A stretch of DNA of 64,000 bases from an uncultured Acidobacteriota bacterium. Its GTDB lineage: Bacteria; Acidobacteriota; Vicinamibacteria; Vicinamibacterales; UBA8438. The position numbers and the translations under genes were made by a program. Below the pieces are notes generated by a model, which was given only the letters and a program-made list of their open reading frames with translations, was not told the origin of the DNA and ran no database searches. Where the stretch lies: positions 115,698-179,697 of the forward strand of contig CAJWLU010000006.1 of the NCBI GenBank assembly GCA_913043225.1, given 5' to 3'. Shown here piece after piece: positions 26,878 to 36,582 of this stretch (its first letter is position 1; each line of letters starts with the position of its first letter).

Positions 26878-28251
26878 ATGAGGGTGATGATGAGCAGCGA
26901 GTCGCAGCGTCGCCGGCGCGTCGGTGCTGGGGGTCTTGTGCTGGCAATCGGATGTTCTGCGATGCTGCTGGCGCAGCCGCCGCAGCCGCCGGCGCGCGTC
27001 GATGAGAATCCTCCGACGACAGTGGGTCAGGTCGAGGTGGGAGCGCCTCAGCCGACCTTCCGGGCTGGTGTTACGCTCGTTACCACCGACGTGATCGTGC
27101 GGGATGGGGATGGAGTCTTCGTCCCGGACCTGACGAAGGAAGACTTCCTGGTCACGGAAGATGGCGTGCAACAGGAGATTGCGTCGCTGGTTCTCGTGCA
27201 TGGCGGGCGGGTGTTCAACCAGCTGGCGCCGCCCCCGCCCGTTCGCGAGGGGATCGTCCTGCCTGCGTCGTCGCCAGCCAATGATACTGCCGGACGCATC
27301 TTCATTATCTTTGTGGACGATCTGCATCTGACACCCTCGATGACTCCAAAGGTTAGGCAGGTCTTCGAGACGCTTGCGGAGTCGCTGGTGCACGAAGGGG
27401 ACCTGTTCGGCATCATCTCAACCGGTCCGTCGTCCCTGTCGATCGACATGACCTATGACCGGGGTGTCCTGTATGGCGCGATGGAGCGGATCACGGGTGA
27501 TGCCCTATCGATTGCCGATCAGATCAGGCAGCAGGAGTACTCCCGAGGCCCGACCGAGGTCTTATGGCGGGCCCACGTTGCGTTTAAGACGGCCCGGGAC
27601 GTCCTGAGGAACTTGGAGCAGGTCACGGATCGGCGCAAGGCGTTCATCTACCTGAGCAATGGCTACGACTTTAATCCGTTTCCGGAGTCGCGGCTGTACT
27701 CGAGCCTATCTGCGGGCTCGCGGAGGGATGGCTTGGACAGGGTCGGACGGGGCAGTATGACGCAGGGTGAATTTGACCAATTCTACGGCGATTATCCCGA
27801 TCCGTTGACGGATCCGTTCGAGCGGATGTCTCGGATGGGGCAACAGTTTGCCGATGCCGATCTAGCCGTGGAAATCGCTGAGCTTGCGCGGGTCGCCAAC
27901 CGGGCGAATACGTCGTTCTACACCATTGACCCGCGAGGCCTGATCGCAGCTCCAGACATTAACGAGAACATCAATCCGGACGAGTGGCGCATGCATATGT
28001 TCAAGACGCAGAACACGCTGCGGATGCTGTCCGAGTTGACCGGCGGGATCGCAGTGGTCAATCGCAACGACTATGACGACGCGTTCCGTGAGATTGACGC
28101 TGAGACCAGTGACTACTACATTCTCGGCTTCTACACTTCGAACCCAGACCCGACAGTACGGACGCGCGCCCTCGAGGTCGAAGTAGCGGATCGGCGCGAC
28201 CTCGACGTCAGGGCGCGCACGCACTACACCCTACCGCGCGAGCCAGCCTGA
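26878..28251 (+). CDS. VWA domain protein (Acidobacterial VWFA-related)
   Basis: PTFRAGVTLVTTDVIVRD, DLTKEDF, FVDDLH, RKAFIYLSNG, YTIDPRGL, TGG, YYILGF. Confidence 0.88.
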   Translation: MRVMMSSESQRRRRVGAGGLVLAIGCSAMLLAQPPQPPARVDENPPTTVGQVEVGAPQPTFRAGVTLVTTDVIVRDGDGVFVPDLTKEDFLVTEDGVQQEIASLVLVHGGRVFNQLAPPPPVREGIVLPASSPANDTAGRIFIIFVDDLHLTPSMTPKVRQVFETLAESLVHEGDLFGIISTGPSSLSIDMTYDRGVLYGAMERITGDALSIADQIRQQEYSRGPTEVLWRAHVAFKTARDVLRNLEQVTDRRKAFIYLSNGYDFNPFPESRLYSSLSAGSRRDGLDRVGRGSMTQGEFDQFYGDYPDPLTDPFERMSRMGQQFADADLAVEIAELARVANRANTSFYTIDPRGLIAAPDINENINPDEWRMHMFKTQNTLRMLSELTGGIAVVNRNDYDDAFREIDAETSDYYILGFYTSNPDPTVRTRALEVEVADRRDLDVRARTHYTLPREPA

Positions 28252-28268
28252 CGCCCCCCGGGTTCTGC

Positions 28269-29147
28269 CTAGCGCCGGCGGGCGGCAAGAGCTTCTCGGA
28301 CCCGCTCTATCGCTTCGTCCAGATAGGTCTGGTCGATCTCACATCCTAGAAAGCCGATACCCAGTCTCGCGCAGGCCACAGCGGTGCTGCCGAGGCCAAG
28401 GAAGGGATCCATCGCGAGTCCCACTCGGTCGATCCCATGGAGTTTGAGGCACTGCTGGGGCAGCTTCGGGGGGAATGTCGCCGGATGGGGCCGGTCACGC
28501 CGACGGTTCTGGATCGTACGGTACGGAATGAACCAGGTATTGCCACGGCAGCGGAGGTCGTCTCCGGCCGCCGCCCAGCGAGAGACGTTAGATTTATCCT
28601 GATACGGCACGCCAATGGCTCGCCGCTCGAGCGGTGTCCGCCCGGTGGAGCTGAAGTGGAAGATGAATTCGTGGCACTCATTCAGGAAGCGCTCGCTATT
28701 GATCGGCTTGTAGTGGCCGACCGCTAGGTCACGGTCGAGTCCGGCTCGGCTACCGGCGTCGTCCTGCTCGACCACGATCGACTTAATCCAATGGATGGTG
28801 TTCTGTAAGACCAGGTGGCGTCGGCCTGTTTGGGCCACGTCTAGTGCGGTCCAGGGCCGAGTGGGCGTGGAGCCCACGTTCAGGAACAATGAGCCGCTGG
28901 GGGTGAGGGCGGCTGCGGCGGCCTCGATCCAACGATCGGTCCAGGTATGGTAGCTCTCTGCCGGAAGGGTGTCGTCGTAGCTGCGGTACCGGACGCCTAA
29001 GTTGTAAGGGGGAGAGGTGACGATGGCGTCCACGCGAGAGGAGCCGAGACGCGCGAACAGCTCAAGCGCGTCGTCGTGATAGAAACGGAGCGTCGCGCGG
29101 CCAGCGCGTAACGAGGCGTACGGGGTAGGGAGCCGACGTGAGGCCAC
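28269..29147 (-). CDS. Site-specific DNA amino-methyltransferase (N4/N6, beta class), orphan
   Basis: TSPPY precedes HPATFP and DPFLGLGST. Confidence 0.9.
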   Translation of the reverse strand: MASRRLPTPYASLRAGRATLRFYHDDALELFARLGSSRVDAIVTSPPYNLGVRYRSYDDTLPAESYHTWTDRWIEAAAAALTPSGSLFLNVGSTPTRPWTALDVAQTGRRHLVLQNTIHWIKSIVVEQDDAGSRAGLDRDLAVGHYKPINSERFLNECHEFIFHFSSTGRTPLERRAIGVPYQDKSNVSRWAAAGDDLRCRGNTWFIPYRTIQNRRRDRPHPATFPPKLPQQCLKLHGIDRVGLAMDPFLGLGSTAVACARLGIGFLGCEIDQTYLDEAIERVREALAARRR

Positions 29148-29259
29148 GGGTGGCCGCTATTCTGGGGTGCCGGCCCGAAGTCGTCAAGACATAGACGTCC
29201 AGGCAGGGCTGGGGTGCCGGTTGGATCTGATACACTGGCCCGCAATTTTGCCGACCACT

Positions 29260-30219
29260 GTGAGCTTGTCTCGACGGGAGAACGGCGGGCATGCCCTGCG
29301 CAGGAAGGGGCTCTGCGCAGCGGCGGCGGCGCTTCTCACAGCAACGCTCGGCGCCGTAGACCGCGCGGACGTCGCGCCGGAGTCGCCGGCAGGCCTCACG
29401 TCGTGGCAGGAAGGTCTTCGGTCGTCCCAACCGGAAGCGCGACCGGTTCCCAGGCTACCAGGCCCACGGGTAAACGCTCAAGCCGCCATCATCCTCGACC
29501 CGGTCACCGGAGTGACGCTCTGGGAGCGGAATTCCCGCGACTTGCGGTCGATCGCCAGCATAACGAAGGTTATGACCGTGATGCTGTTCCTCGAGAGTGA
29601 ACCGGATCTGTCGAGAGACGTGGTTATCTCCCGCCAGGATGTGCGGCGCGCCTCGACGACCTACCTCCGGCAAGGCGAGCGGGTCACCCTGCGCGACCTG
29701 GTGCATCTAGCGCTGGTTGCGTCCGACAACGCGGCCGCGCGAGCGCTGGCGAGGGTGTCTATCTGGGGGACAAAGCGGTTCATCGCGAGAATGAATGCGA
29801 AAGCGGCGGCGCTGGGTCTCGAGGAGACCCGGTTCGCCGATCCATCCGGGCTGCACGAGGGTAACGTTTCGTCGGCCTACGACGTGTCGCGACTAATTGC
29901 CGCCGCTAGTGAAGAGACTGTGGTTGCCCGGATAATGCGCAAACGGTCGTACGACATCCGCACGAGCCGTCGCACCAGGACCGTGCGTAGCACTAACCGC
30001 CTGCTGGGCACGCGGGTGGATGTAATGGCTGGTAAGACTGGCTATATCGACGAGGCCGGCTACTGTCTGGCGACGCTCGTTGAACTGTCTGATGGACGCT
30101 CGGTGTCGATCGTGGTGTTGGGCGCGCGTTCCAACTCGGGGCGGTTCGCTGATGCGCGCCGGCTGGTGGACTGGCTCTCGACCAAAGCCGCCGCGCTCCT
30201 GACGTCCGCCGCCGAGTAA
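29260..30219 (+). CDS. Peptidase S11 D-Ala-D-Ala carboxy/endopeptidase (PbpG-like)
   Basis: SITK, SDN, KTG motifs. Start uncertain. Confidence 0.9.
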   Translation: MSLSRRENGGHALRRKGLCAAAAALLTATLGAVDRADVAPESPAGLTSWQEGLRSSQPEARPVPRLPGPRVNAQAAIILDPVTGVTLWERNSRDLRSIASITKVMTVMLFLESEPDLSRDVVISRQDVRRASTTYLRQGERVTLRDLVHLALVASDNAAARALARVSIWGTKRFIARMNAKAAALGLEETRFADPSGLHEGNVSSAYDVSRLIAAASEETVVARIMRKRSYDIRTSRRTRTVRSTNRLLGTRVDVMAGKTGYIDEAGYCLATLVELSDGRSVSIVVLGARSNSGRFADARRLVDWLSTKAAALLTSAAE

Positions 30220-30268
30220 CTCCGGTTGCGCATGGCTTCGCCATGCCCTTTTCCTTATCGCTGTCTGT

Positions 30269-30583
30269 ATGAGCGGGTTGGACGAGGGGCTGGCCCATCT
30301 GGTCGAAGGGAGTATGGATGGCTTCCTGAGGCTCTCGGGCTACAAACCCTGCGGCCTGAAAGGGATGTACGGTGTGCGTTCCGGGGCGGCACCGGTCGTC
30401 CGGGCCGCCGGCGGCCTAGCGGACGCGGTGGCTGAGTTCGTGTTCGTTCCGGATGGTGTGGACGGAATGGTGGACGCGAAAGATGCGGCGCCAGAGGTCT
30501 ATCGCCAGCCAGACCGGTGGCGCATGCTCCAGCGGGCCGGTATGCGCCAGGATTTCTTTAGGGATGTTTCGGCCGCTACCTAG
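30269..30583 (+). pseudogene. glgA: Decayed C-terminal fragment of glycogen synthase
   Basis: LAHLVEG...SGYKPCGL..MY...PVVRAAGGLADAV...WRMLQRAGMRQDF resembles GlgA PSRFEPCGL/PVVRATGGLADTV; N-terminal part absent. Confidence 0.75.
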
Positions 30584-30663
30584 GTTCAAGGATACAGCGG
30601 CGTTGTTGAGGGCTGGCAGGCAGCCGACTGGGTGGGGTAGCGCCCCGCAAGGAGTGTAGACAG

Positions 30664-31584
30664 ATGCGTAACGTGGTCATTATCGGGTCCGGACCGGCTG
30701 GGCTCACGGCAGCTCTCTACAGCGCACGTGCCAACCTGGCGCCGCTGGTGATTGAAGGGTTAGAGTCCGGTGGTCAGCTTATGTTGACGACGGCTGTCGA
30801 GAACTTCCCTGGCTTTCGGGACGGCATCATGGGCCCGGAGTTGATGGCGGAGATGCGCGCTCAGGCCGAGCGGTTCGGTACGGAGATCATGGCCGGCGAT
30901 GTGACTGGTGTCGAACTCGGAGAGCCGCCGTTCAGGGTCCGGCTCGGAGACGAGGTCATCGAGACGAAGGCGCTGATCATCTCGACCGGAGCGTCGGCGC
31001 GACTTCTAGGGCTTCCCTCCGAGCGTACGCTAATGGGGCACGGAGTGTCTACGTGCGCAACCTGCGATGGGTACTTCTTCCGTGAGAAACCGATCATTGT
31101 TGTCGGAGGTGGAGATTCCGCCCTCGAAGAAGCGACATTTCTTACGAAGTTTGCGTCGCACGTGACGGTGGTGCACCGGCGTGAGGAACTGCGAGCATCG
31201 AAAATCATGCAGGATAAGGCGTTCGCGAATCCGAAGCTCTCTTTTGAATGGAATAGCGAACTGGCCGAGGTTAGAGACGTCGAGAAGGGTGTCGTGACGA
31301 GCGCCGTGCTACGGAATAGCATGACGGGCGCGATTAAGGAGCTGGCGGTCGAGGGAGTGTTTATCGCGATTGGCCATACCCCGAACACGTCGCTCTTTGC
31401 CGGACTGCTGGACCTTGACGAGAACGGCTATATCGTGGCCGGCACGGGCACGAGAACGAGCGTGCCAGGAGTTTTCGCTTGCGGCGACGTGCAGGACCAT
31501 GTCTACCGACAGGCCATAACCGCCGCGGGTACCGGTTGCATGGCGGCGATTGACGCCGAGCGCTACCTGGAGTCACAGGAGTAG
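30664..31584 (+). CDS. trxB: Thioredoxin reductase
   Basis: IIGSGPAG, VENFPGF, CATCDG, VVGGGDSA, YRQAITAAG. Confidence 0.97.
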   Translation: MRNVVIIGSGPAGLTAALYSARANLAPLVIEGLESGGQLMLTTAVENFPGFRDGIMGPELMAEMRAQAERFGTEIMAGDVTGVELGEPPFRVRLGDEVIETKALIISTGASARLLGLPSERTLMGHGVSTCATCDGYFFREKPIIVVGGGDSALEEATFLTKFASHVTVVHRREELRASKIMQDKAFANPKLSFEWNSELAEVRDVEKGVVTSAVLRNSMTGAIKELAVEGVFIAIGHTPNTSLFAGLLDLDENGYIVAGTGTRTSVPGVFACGDVQDHVYRQAITAAGTGCMAAIDAERYLESQE

Positions 31585-31608
31585 CTGGTCGATCTCTAAT
31601 GGAACGAC

Positions 31609-32670
31609 TCAGTCTATCCAGCCGCCGCCCAAAACGGTCTGCCCTTCGTAGAAGACCACGGCCTGGCCTGGCGCCACCGCGGTTTGCGGGTCGTCGAAGC
31701 GCACCGTCGCCCGCGCGTCGTCGAGGCGCTCGACGACGGCGGGGGCGTCCGGATGGCGGTGGCGGATGCGCGCGGTCACGCGACGGGTCGGAGGGGCGGG
31801 GCCGGCAATCCAGTTTACCTGCGAGGCGGTGAGGTCCCGGCGTTCGAGTGCCGAGCGCGGACCGACCGTGATCCCGTTGTCCTGCGCGTCGATCCGGACT
31901 ACATAAAGCGGGACGGGGCCTGACACGCCGAGTCCCTTTCGCTGGCCGACCGTAAAGTGATGGATGCCGGCATGGCGTCCAATCTCGCGGCCGTGGAGAT
32001 CGCGAATAGGTCCAGCCTCTGGGGCCTGGTTCGCCAGCGTCTCCACGAGCCCGGACGGGTTGCCGTTCGGCACAAAGCAGAGTTCCTGGCTGTCGGGCTT
32101 GTCCGCTACCGCGAGCCCGAGATCGCGTGCGGTCTGTCGCACCTCGGACTTGCGCATCTCGCCAACCGGAAAGAGTGCTCTCGTGAGCTGCGACTGAGTC
32201 AGGGTGAAGAGGAAGTAGCTCTGGTCCTTCGATTCGTCCAGGCCCCGCTGTAGGCGCACCCCGGCCTCATCGGTGGCTGGGGCGAGACGGGCATAGTGTC
32301 CGGTGGCCACGCGGTCGGCGCCCAACGCTTCGGCACGCTCGAGCAGGTGGGAGAACTTTAGCTCTCCGTTGCATTGCACGCACGGAATCGGCGTACGGCC
32401 AATGGTGTACTCGCGAACGAAGGTCGAGACCACAGTATCAGCGAAGGCTTGCTCGAAATTCATGACGTAGTGAGGGATGCCAAGCGCCGCAGCGACTCTG
32501 CGGGCATCCTGGAGATCGTCGAGTGAGCAGCAGCCGCCAAAGTGCTGTTTTGACGCGCTCTGGTCGTAGAGCTGCATCGACAAACCGATGACCTCGTATC
32601 CATCCGCGACCAGCCTGGCTGCGGCGACCGACGAGTCGACACCGCCAGACATCGCGACCACCACCCGCAT
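31609..32670 (-). CDS. mnmA: tRNA 2-thiouridylase
   Basis: [40 protein letters not shown]. Confidence 0.97.
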   Translation of the reverse strand: MRVVVAMSGGVDSSVAAARLVADGYEVIGLSMQLYDQSASKQHFGGCCSLDDLQDARRVAAALGIPHYVMNFEQAFADTVVSTFVREYTIGRTPIPCVQCNGELKFSHLLERAEALGADRVATGHYARLAPATDEAGVRLQRGLDESKDQSYFLFTLTQSQLTRALFPVGEMRKSEVRQTARDLGLAVADKPDSQELCFVPNGNPSGLVETLANQAPEAGPIRDLHGREIGRHAGIHHFTVGQRKGLGVSGPVPLYVVRIDAQDNGITVGPRSALERRDLTASQVNWIAGPAPPTRRVTARIRHRHPDAPAVVERLDDARATVRFDDPQTAVAPGQAVVFYEGQTVLGGGWID

Positions 32671-32673
32671 GGC

Positions 32674-33846
32674 CTATCCTCCCGCCCTGGTCGGGGTCCG
32701 GACGCCGGCCACCGCCCGGAGTCGAGAGACGATGCCGGGGAGCAACTCCAGCACCCGGTCGATCTCCTCTGCGGAGTTTCCGAGGCCCAGGCTGAAACGG
32801 ATGGAGTTTTGCGTGCGATGCGGCGAGAACCCCATTGCCCGGAGCACGTGGGAAGGCGACAAGGTGCCGGACGAACAGGCTGACCCGGTCGATACGGCGA
32901 CGCCCTCCAGGTCAAGCGCGATAAGTAGCGACTCGGCTTCGACGCCGTCGAAGCTGATGTTAGAGGTGTTCGCTACCCGGCGGGCGGGGTCGCCATTGAC
33001 TCGGGTCCCGCTGACGGAGGTCAGGATGCCGCCTTCGAGCCGGTTACGCAACGCTGTTAGGCGGGCGGCGTCGCTCGTCTGCTTCCGGAGTGCAAGTCGG
33101 GCCGCGACACCCAATCCGACGAGCCCTGGTACGTTCTCCGTTCCTGCCCTCCGACCTCGCTCTTGTTTGCCGCCAGTGAGCTGGCTGCGGAGCGTGATTC
33201 CCCGGCGCACCCAGAGCGCTCCAACGCCCTTAGGACCGTTGAACTTGTGGCCGGAAAGCGAGAGAAGGTCGACTCCTAGCGCGTGAACATCAATAGGAAG
33301 TTTGCCCGCTGACTGTACGGCGTCGGTGTGCAGCAGTGCCCCTCTCGCATGCACTAGGGGAGCGAGCTCTGCGACTGGCTGAATCGTCCCAATTTCGTTA
33401 TTGGCGTGCATTACCGAGACTAGTGCGGTTTTGTCCGTGAGCGCTTCTTCGATGGCAGCAGGGTCCACCACGCCGGTATGGTCGACGTGGACTAGGGTAA
33501 TCTGCCACCCGGTACGTTCGAGTGCCTTCAGGGTGTTGAGGACCGCCTCGTGCTCTATGGCAGTCGCCACCAGGTGCCGACGGGAGGACTGGGAGCCGAC
33601 GACCCCACGCAGCGCGAGGTTGTCGGCTTCCGATCCGCCGGTCGTGAAGACGATCTGCGTCGGTTCGGCACCGATTAGATTGGCGACGGCAGCCCGGGCG
33701 TCATCCAACTCCGTCTTGGCTGCCTGACCTACGCCGTGAATGCTCGACGGATTTCCGAACAGCTGCCGTTGCGCCGTATCGACCGCGTCCGACACATCGG
33801 ACGCGACGGGTGTGGTGGCGTTGTGATCGAGGTAGATTGTCCCCAC
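32674..33846 (-). CDS. iscS: Cysteine desulfurase (IscS/NifS type)
   Basis: YLDHNATT, NNEIG, HTDAVQ, SGHKFNGPKG, STGSACSSG; adjacent to mnmA. Confidence 0.93.
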   Translation of the reverse strand: MGTIYLDHNATTPVASDVSDAVDTAQRQLFGNPSSIHGVGQAAKTELDDARAAVANLIGAEPTQIVFTTGGSEADNLALRGVVGSQSSRRHLVATAIEHEAVLNTLKALERTGWQITLVHVDHTGVVDPAAIEEALTDKTALVSVMHANNEIGTIQPVAELAPLVHARGALLHTDAVQSAGKLPIDVHALGVDLLSLSGHKFNGPKGVGALWVRRGITLRSQLTGGKQERGRRAGTENVPGLVGLGVAARLALRKQTSDAARLTALRNRLEGGILTSVSGTRVNGDPARRVANTSNISFDGVEAESLLIALDLEGVAVSTGSACSSGTLSPSHVLRAMGFSPHRTQNSIRFSLGLGNSAEEIDRVLELLPGIVSRLRAVAGVRTPTRAGG

Positions 33847-33969
33847 CCGGCGATTGTACCAGCGCAACGCCTGTCTCAGTGGACACCGATCGGGACGCTT
33901 TCGTATACTGGCCGCGATCGTGGCGGCTCGCCACGTGGCCTACCCGCCCGCTGGGCGCGGAGAACAATC

Positions 33970-34530
33970 ATGTGGAAGCGGGACGAGGCGTCCAAGCCGG
34001 TGGCGGCGCCTGCGCAGGCCGTAGCCCCAGGCGGGGAAACTGCTGGGCGGGTTACAGGCCGCAACATCGTCAACATCGGTAAGTCCGTGGTGATCAAGGG
34101 GGAGCTGAGCGGGAATGAAGACCTGACTATCGAAGGCGAGGTCGAAGGCAGAATCGAGCTCAACCAGCATGTCCTGACCATAGGTTCCCACGGCCGGATT
34201 CGGGCAGAGATCTCCGGCAAGTCGGTGGTCGTGCTCGGCGAGGTCATTGGCAACATCGCCGCGACCGACAAGGTGGCCATTCGCGACAACGGCTCGGTCG
34301 AGGGAGACATCGCAGCCCCGAAGGTGGCGATCGCGGAGGGAGCGAACTTCCGGGGTGGGATTGACATGAGCCAGCAGGCCGCCACAAGTGAGAATACAGT
34401 GGCGCCGCCTCAAGCCGGCGCGAGTTCCGAAGTCGCAGCAGGAAAGAGCGGAAAGCCTATGCATCCGAAAGGCACCCCGACCGACGGCGGGGTAAAGAAA
34501 GCGGGCTCGGGCGCTGCCGTCGCCCAGTAA
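33970..34530 (+). CDS. Bactofilin (polymer-forming cytoskeletal protein)
   Basis: IGKSVVIKGELSGNEDLTIEGEVEG...VEGDI..PKVAIAEGANFRG. Confidence 0.92.
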   Translation: MWKRDEASKPVAAPAQAVAPGGETAGRVTGRNIVNIGKSVVIKGELSGNEDLTIEGEVEGRIELNQHVLTIGSHGRIRAEISGKSVVVLGEVIGNIAATDKVAIRDNGSVEGDIAAPKVAIAEGANFRGGIDMSQQAATSENTVAPPQAGASSEVAAGKSGKPMHPKGTPTDGGVKKAGSGAAVAQ

Positions 34531-34550
34531 CGGTCGACGCAACTCAGAAC

Positions 34551-35342
34551 ATGGCTCGTCCCACCGTTGCCCTTCTCAGTGACTTCGGCACCCGGGACCA
34601 CTATGCCGGAACGATGAAAGGTGTCGTGCTTGGCATCTGTCCTGACGTCACTCTGGTCGACATCAGCCACGACATACCGCCGCACGACCTGCAGTTCGCC
34701 GCGCTTGAACTCGCCGCGGCATGCCCGTACTTTCCGCCTGGATCGGTATTTTTGGTGGTCGTCGACCCAGGCGTCGGGTCGGCTAGGCGGGGCGTGGCGG
34801 CCGAGGCTGGCGACTACCGATTCGTGGCCCCGGACAACGGCGTGCTGACGGTCGTGTTTCAGCGCATGCCACCGAAGCGGGTCGTTGAGTTGACCGAGCG
34901 CCGCTATGCCCGGCCCACGGTGAGCCAGACGTTCGAAGGACGTGACCGGTTCGCCCCTGCCGCCGCATGGCTGGCGAAAGGTATTCAGCTGTCGGCGCTC
35001 GGGCGGCCGGTATCTGAATACACGTTGCTCGACATTCCGGCACCGACGGTCGGTGACGCTAGCATTCAAGGTGCGGTGTTACGGGTGGACCGTTTCGGCA
35101 ATCTCGTGACCAACATCGACCGGCGAGCCTTCGACCGGATCGCGGCGGGTGGCGCTATCGAAATTGACGTGGGCGGGCACTCCGTAGGACGCCTCGTCGA
35201 GACGTATACCGACATTGCCGACGGTGAGGTGAGCGCTCTGTTCGGGAGCACGGACCACCTCGAGTTCGCCGCCAATTCCGCCAGCGCGGGAGAGCGACTC
35301 GGCATCACTCTCGGAGCCGAGGTCCGCGTGCTCCGCGCTTAG
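34551..35342 (+). CDS. DUF62 / SAM hydroxide adenosyltransferase-halogenase family protein
   Basis: LSDFG, VDISH, VVDPGVGSARR, APDNG, TFEGRD, DRFGN. Confidence 0.92.
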   Translation: MARPTVALLSDFGTRDHYAGTMKGVVLGICPDVTLVDISHDIPPHDLQFAALELAAACPYFPPGSVFLVVVDPGVGSARRGVAAEAGDYRFVAPDNGVLTVVFQRMPPKRVVELTERRYARPTVSQTFEGRDRFAPAAAWLAKGIQLSALGRPVSEYTLLDIPAPTVGDASIQGAVLRVDRFGNLVTNIDRRAFDRIAAGGAIEIDVGGHSVGRLVETYTDIADGEVSALFGSTDHLEFAANSASAGERLGITLGAEVRVLRA

Positions 35343-35418
35343 CCGGCAGACCACACCGATCTCCGCCAAGACGTCAGGCGTCTTTGAGCCCCCACTCTAA
35401 ATCCACGAACCGAACAGT

Positions 35419-36435
35419 ATGAGCGACAGAGCAGAAGCCACAATCGGATTCGATCTAGCCTCGGCATTCCTCGAGGTCGTCGAGCAAGCCGCCATCGCGT
35501 GTGCCCACACAATGGGGCAAGGGGATCGGCATCATTCAGATCAGGTCGCGGTTGAGTCGATGCGGGCCACGCTCGACCGTGTGCCGATCGATGGCCGCGT
35601 GGTCATCGGCGAGGGAGAGCGGGACGAGGCGCCGATGCTCTACATCGGCGAACCGGTCGGAATCGCACACGCGAAGTCGTCCACCCGAGGCGGTCCGTTC
35701 GTCGAGGTGGATATCGCGGTCGATCCGCTCGAGGGAACCAACTTATGTGCCACGGGCGACGCGAACGCGATCGCGGTGTTGGCGGCAGCCGAGCGCGGCG
35801 GTCTCCTGCACGCACCCGATATCTACATGGAGAAACTCGTTGTTGGCCCGAGTTCGAAGCACGCGGTATCGCTTGATGCGCCGGTGTCGAAGAACCTCGC
35901 TGGCATTGCGAGGTGTCTGGGGCGGAAGGTGGAGGACCTGGCGGTAATTGTCCTCGACCGTCCGCGGCACGAGAAGCTCATTGCTGATATTCGCGAGGCG
36001 GGCGCTCGCATCCGGCTGATCGGTGATGGGGACCTGTCAGCCGGGATCTCCGCGGCGGTGCGGGGTAGCGGGGTGCACGCGGTCATGGGTACTGGTGGAG
36101 CACCGGAGGGCGTGCTCGTGGCGGCTGCGATGCGGTGTCTCAATGGAGAGATCCAGGCGCGGCTGGTGGTGGATACGCCTGAGAAAGAGGAGCGTTGCCG
36201 GGAGATGGGCATCGAAGATATGTCGCGGATCTACCGCTCCGCAGACCTCGCCTGCGGGCGCAGGATCCTCTTTGCTGCAACGGGGGTCACCGATGGCACT
36301 CTGATGAAGGGAGCGCGGTTCTTTGGCGATGGCGTGCGCACCAGTTCACTGGTTATGCAGTCGGAGCCACAGAGGGTTCAGTTTATTGACACTATCCATC
36401 TCGAGGGGCGCGACAACGTCAAGGTTCAGTTCTAG
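35419..36435 (+). CDS. glpX: Class II fructose-1,6-bisphosphatase
   Basis: [37 protein letters not shown]. Confidence 0.96.
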   Translation: MSDRAEATIGFDLASAFLEVVEQAAIACAHTMGQGDRHHSDQVAVESMRATLDRVPIDGRVVIGEGERDEAPMLYIGEPVGIAHAKSSTRGGPFVEVDIAVDPLEGTNLCATGDANAIAVLAAAERGGLLHAPDIYMEKLVVGPSSKHAVSLDAPVSKNLAGIARCLGRKVEDLAVIVLDRPRHEKLIADIREAGARIRLIGDGDLSAGISAAVRGSGVHAVMGTGGAPEGVLVAAAMRCLNGEIQARLVVDTPEKEERCREMGIEDMSRIYRSADLACGRRILFAATGVTDGTLMKGARFFGDGVRTSSLVMQSEPQRVQFIDTIHLEGRDNVKVQF

Positions 36436-36582
36436 CGCTCCTGGCGTGCCTCGGATGAAACAAGGGTGTCCTGTATGAGGGCGTACAACCCACAGCAAGC
36501 TCTCTCCGCTGTCCGTCGGGGCCGAATGACCGATAAAATTGACGGTGGGGCCTTGTAGGCTGCCGAGCCAGTAGGGAGGACT

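Noticed and set aside
28269..29147. Restriction-modification system
   Set aside because: No adjacent endonuclease gene; treated as an orphan methyltransferase.
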